NCBI GenBank assembly: GCA_030704615.1
Contig: CM060733.1
Location: forward strand, 61,318,001-61,382,000
Source: Takakia lepidozioides
Lineage: Eukaryota; Plantae; Bryophyta
Direction: 5' to 3'
Length of the DNA: 64,000 nucleotides
In this document: positions 60,862 to 64,000 of the stretch, one piece after another
How positions within the stretch are numbered: position 1 is the first letter of the stretch
Layout of the letters: every line of letters begins with the position of its first letter
The notes under the pieces: model-generated
What the model was told of the DNA's origin: nothing
Seen by the model: only the letters and a program-made list of their open reading frames with translations
Databases searched by the model: none
Program-made: the position numbers and the translations under genes

Positions 60862-62830
60862 ACACCTCCCACTATCTCCGCAGAAGATGAAGTAACCTCC
60901 CCACTCTCACAGAGTGTAGCTGCGAGCCTGAACACCTCAGCTGGTCTTACCCCCGGTGTCACAATCATGGTAGCCATGAACAATCGAGCCTGGCACACAG
61001 ATGTGGCCGCTCCCAGCAGCACACTAGCTGCCGTAGCCTTGGTAACACTTGGTAGTGGTGCTGCCCGTGTAGCTCTCCCCAATGGCATAGTAACCTCCGC
61101 CTCGGTAACAGTCGGGCGAGAACTAGGTGCCATGGATGGAGTTGACTCTGTCTCCGCCAATGTGAATGACTGAGGAAGCCTAGCCTGACGGCTTGCCTCC
61201 CCACGCTGTGGATCCAACTCCACCTCTGCACCTCGTGGCTTAGGAACTCGTGCTGCTCCTCGAGTCACGGCTGCAGCAGACTCCACCTGCACTAGTGGTA
61301 GTGCTGCTCCCTCATGAATCCCATGCCTCCCATATCTCCTCCCTCAGGAGCATGAGGTGGACCATCCGGCCTTGGGACCGGTACCACCTGAGCTGTAGCC
61401 ATGGCAGCGAGCCTCTGCTCTAGCTGCTGAAGCCGGTTGGCCATGCCTTGGTCAATACCCTGACCTCCGCGTCCTTGACCATGTTGAGCTTGCCCTTGGC
61501 CTGCACCTTGTGCCTGGTCACCTTGTCCTCTCTGGGCTACTCCACCTCGCCTCTGGCCAGCATTGTTCCCTTGGAACTGGCCTGGGCGCAACTCAGGATG
61601 CAAACCATAACACTGGGCCTCTCCATGCCCGTGCTTGCTACAATGCCCATACTGCAACTATGCAGGCTGTGCATGTGCCGGCCCTTTGCCTCCCTCTGAG
61701 CAATCCTTCTTGACATGGGGTCCTCCACATGTCCAACACGCCACCTCCACCCGTTGTTGGCCTGCAAATGAAGGGAGAGACCCCTGCATCTGAGGTCGTC
61801 TCTGTCATTCCCTGAGCTTCACTTGAGCCCCCTTGTTGCCTTGAGCACGTTGAGGTAGTGGTTGGCTAGGAGCACCACTACCCCGTGGTGTCTCCTTAGC
61901 AAATCCCACCATGACCACTCGTTCTTCCACCATGTTGAGCTCTATCCGCTCTGCCAGCAAAAACACATTTGTTAAGGTGGGTTGGGCCGCTTGTAAGAGA
62001 GTTGCATTCCGCACCCTTCTCCTCAGCTCCTTGTCCAATATCCCATACCAGAATTGGACTGCCTGAGCCTCTGTAACCCCTTGGGTTACATTAATCAAGC
62101 GTCTCATGCGAGTGAAAGCCTCCCTCAAGCTCTCAGTAGGCTTCCGTTGGAACTCTTGCAAGCTTCGCAACTTCTCTGTCCTCACCCCTTGGTAGTTCTC
62201 TCTCAACTCTTCGAAGAACTCCACAACAGGGTTGAAGGCAGGCACGGGTACTGGTGCTGGTGCGGTAGTGGCTTGGGTGGACATCGTAGCTACGGTACCA
62301 CCAGTCCCACTAGTCCTACTGTTGCTTGCTGAAGCTGCCGGTGCAGCGGCAGATATAGCCACTGCCCTCGTGGCTCTAGTGCCCCTAGTGATGGAGACAT
62401 AGTCGGGTGACCAGTATATCCTCCACTCCTCGATCTCAACCTCATGCCCCCGCCTGAACTCATGGTAATCATCCATAGGCGGCCCCTCAAGGTGCTGAAA
62501 CAACCCCTTCCATGTCATGAAATGCGTAAATAGTTGTGGATTGCGCATTTGCTGCAAATCACACCAACATCAAACTCTTGGACAAAATCATCCATCTCGA
62601 TGGTGCCCACCGCCCCAGAGTACCTTTGTGGCCCCTTGGTAGCTCCATACATCTCCTCCATTGTGTCCCACAACAATGGCAAAGAAACAACTTGCACCGC
62701 CGGTGTGAGTCATCCTGATTCACAATCCGAATCAGAACCTTCCGTAGAAGACACAGGAGGTGAAGGTGGCCTAAACCGCACACCTCGTCTTGTGTACCCA
62801 CTAGTATCGCTAGTGCTTGAACCGGCACTA
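60862..62830 (-). pseudogene. Gag region of copy 2
   Basis: ORFs 61805..62557, 61292..61657 and 60774..61292 are colinear with gag of copies 1 and 3. Confidence 0.9.
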
Positions 62831-64000
62831 TGCCGAGTAACTAGTGGCACCTCCGTGTTGACAAACTGTCACTCAACCGGTCATGAATATGTCCCTAATC
62901 CCCTCTCCACAAGGTAACCGGGTAGAGAACCTGTTGCGGCTTATGGTTTGGAATACTAGGTTCCTAACATAGCCTACACCTACACCTGCATCCACCGCAA
63001 GCACTCCTATGGTTGGCTGGTCATCACCTCCAACCTCACCACAGGAGAAACAATGATGGCTTGACTGGTCATCACCCCAGCCTCACCATCGACAACATGC
63101 TCTAGGATTGGCCGGTGATCAAATCCGGACCAATCACCTATAAAAACAAGCGCCCACACAAAACTAACATGGCGCACAGTCAAGCATGCAGGTATGGAGG
63201 GGATCCAAACACAAGAAATCAGAACGACAACTCCCCCACACCAAAAACAACTCCACGGTGTTGCTCCTGCAATGATACCCCAGCCCAAACCCGAACTGAC
63301 TCTTGCCTCCACCTACGGAAAGGTCTTGGCCTAATGAGAGGGTGGAAAACTACAAGGAAGAGAAGCTAAAGCAATGCCTAACCCAACATGTCCTCATCCC
63401 AACACTCTTCATCTCCTCTCTTCCCTCACTTGCATGACCATGTGAATATCATGAAGATACTCCTCAAACCGCCCTCCACGAGCTTCAAAATTTGGCCTTC
63501 AAGACCACATGCCAGTCCTTAGGCAGTCCACCGGTGCCTCCACGAGTCAGCACAGGTCGTCCACAGGTCAACACGGGCCACCACAGATCAGCACAGGCCC
63601 ACACAGATCACTGGTCACAGCCGTCACAACCCCACACAGGCCACAGCCCGTCACAGCCCGTCACAGCCCCACAGGCCACAGGGCACATCCTGTCACAACC
63701 CCTCACAGCCCATCACAACCCGTCACAGCCCCACAGGCCACATGGCACAGCCTGTCATATAGACGACGACGATCTTTACCTCCCACCACAAAAGGGAGCA
63801 GTACAGGAAGGGTCTGGGGATTCAGCCGACTCCATGTCGGAGGACGCAGATGCAGGCACAGTGGCGCACGCAGGGAAAAAACGTGGTAGAGGCACACCGT
63901 CTCCATCTATGAGTGCATTTTATGGGCATATTTATAGTCTCTCACCACTTATTTCGAAGGTGAGCACAACCTCATGAGTGCCGAATAGTATCATGCGGAC

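Larger units (their letters stand above)
37183..63757 (-). mobile_element. Methyltransferase/PHD gypsy-like retroelement, copy 2 (host to two nested insertions; 5' end missing)
   Basis: B2 37183-37372, A2 37373-37698, GC, B1 37701-37890, PPT complement 37891-37899. Body occupies 37900-42887, 50004-50099 and 60862-63757. Similarity to copy 3 stops at 63757. Confidence 0.9.

Overview
Repeat-rich land-plant nuclear DNA, probably from a bryophyte or other seed-free plant (inferred from the HD-ZIP IV and PPR sequences). One intact host gene is present: an intronless class IV HD-ZIP (25523-27910) with the family's paired 3'UTR motifs. The rest is mostly nested mobile DNA. The main discovery is a Ty3/gypsy-like retroelement family present in three copies (3129-18625 minus, 37183-63757 minus, 50100-60861 plus). 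It encodes Gag-protease-DNMT3-like C5 cytosine methyltransferase, then a conserved stop in a readthrough-type context (stop-CAACCA), then RT-RNaseH-DDE integrase-PHD finger. It has no ordinary LTR pair. Its repeats are arranged A1-body-PPT-B1-GC-A2-B2, with TGTC...GACA ends and a 4-bp TSD. This layout equals a 2-LTR circle (LTR = B-GC-A) opened at an internal palindrome GACA-GC-TGTC. Its primer-binding position is complementary to a hairpin loop inside A, which suggests self-priming. Also present: a Galadriel-like chromovirus, a TIR element carrying PPR-DYW/PDF-motif fragments, a MULE transposase remnant, LINE and SINE remnants, a foldback element and a frameshifted SET-domain ORF.
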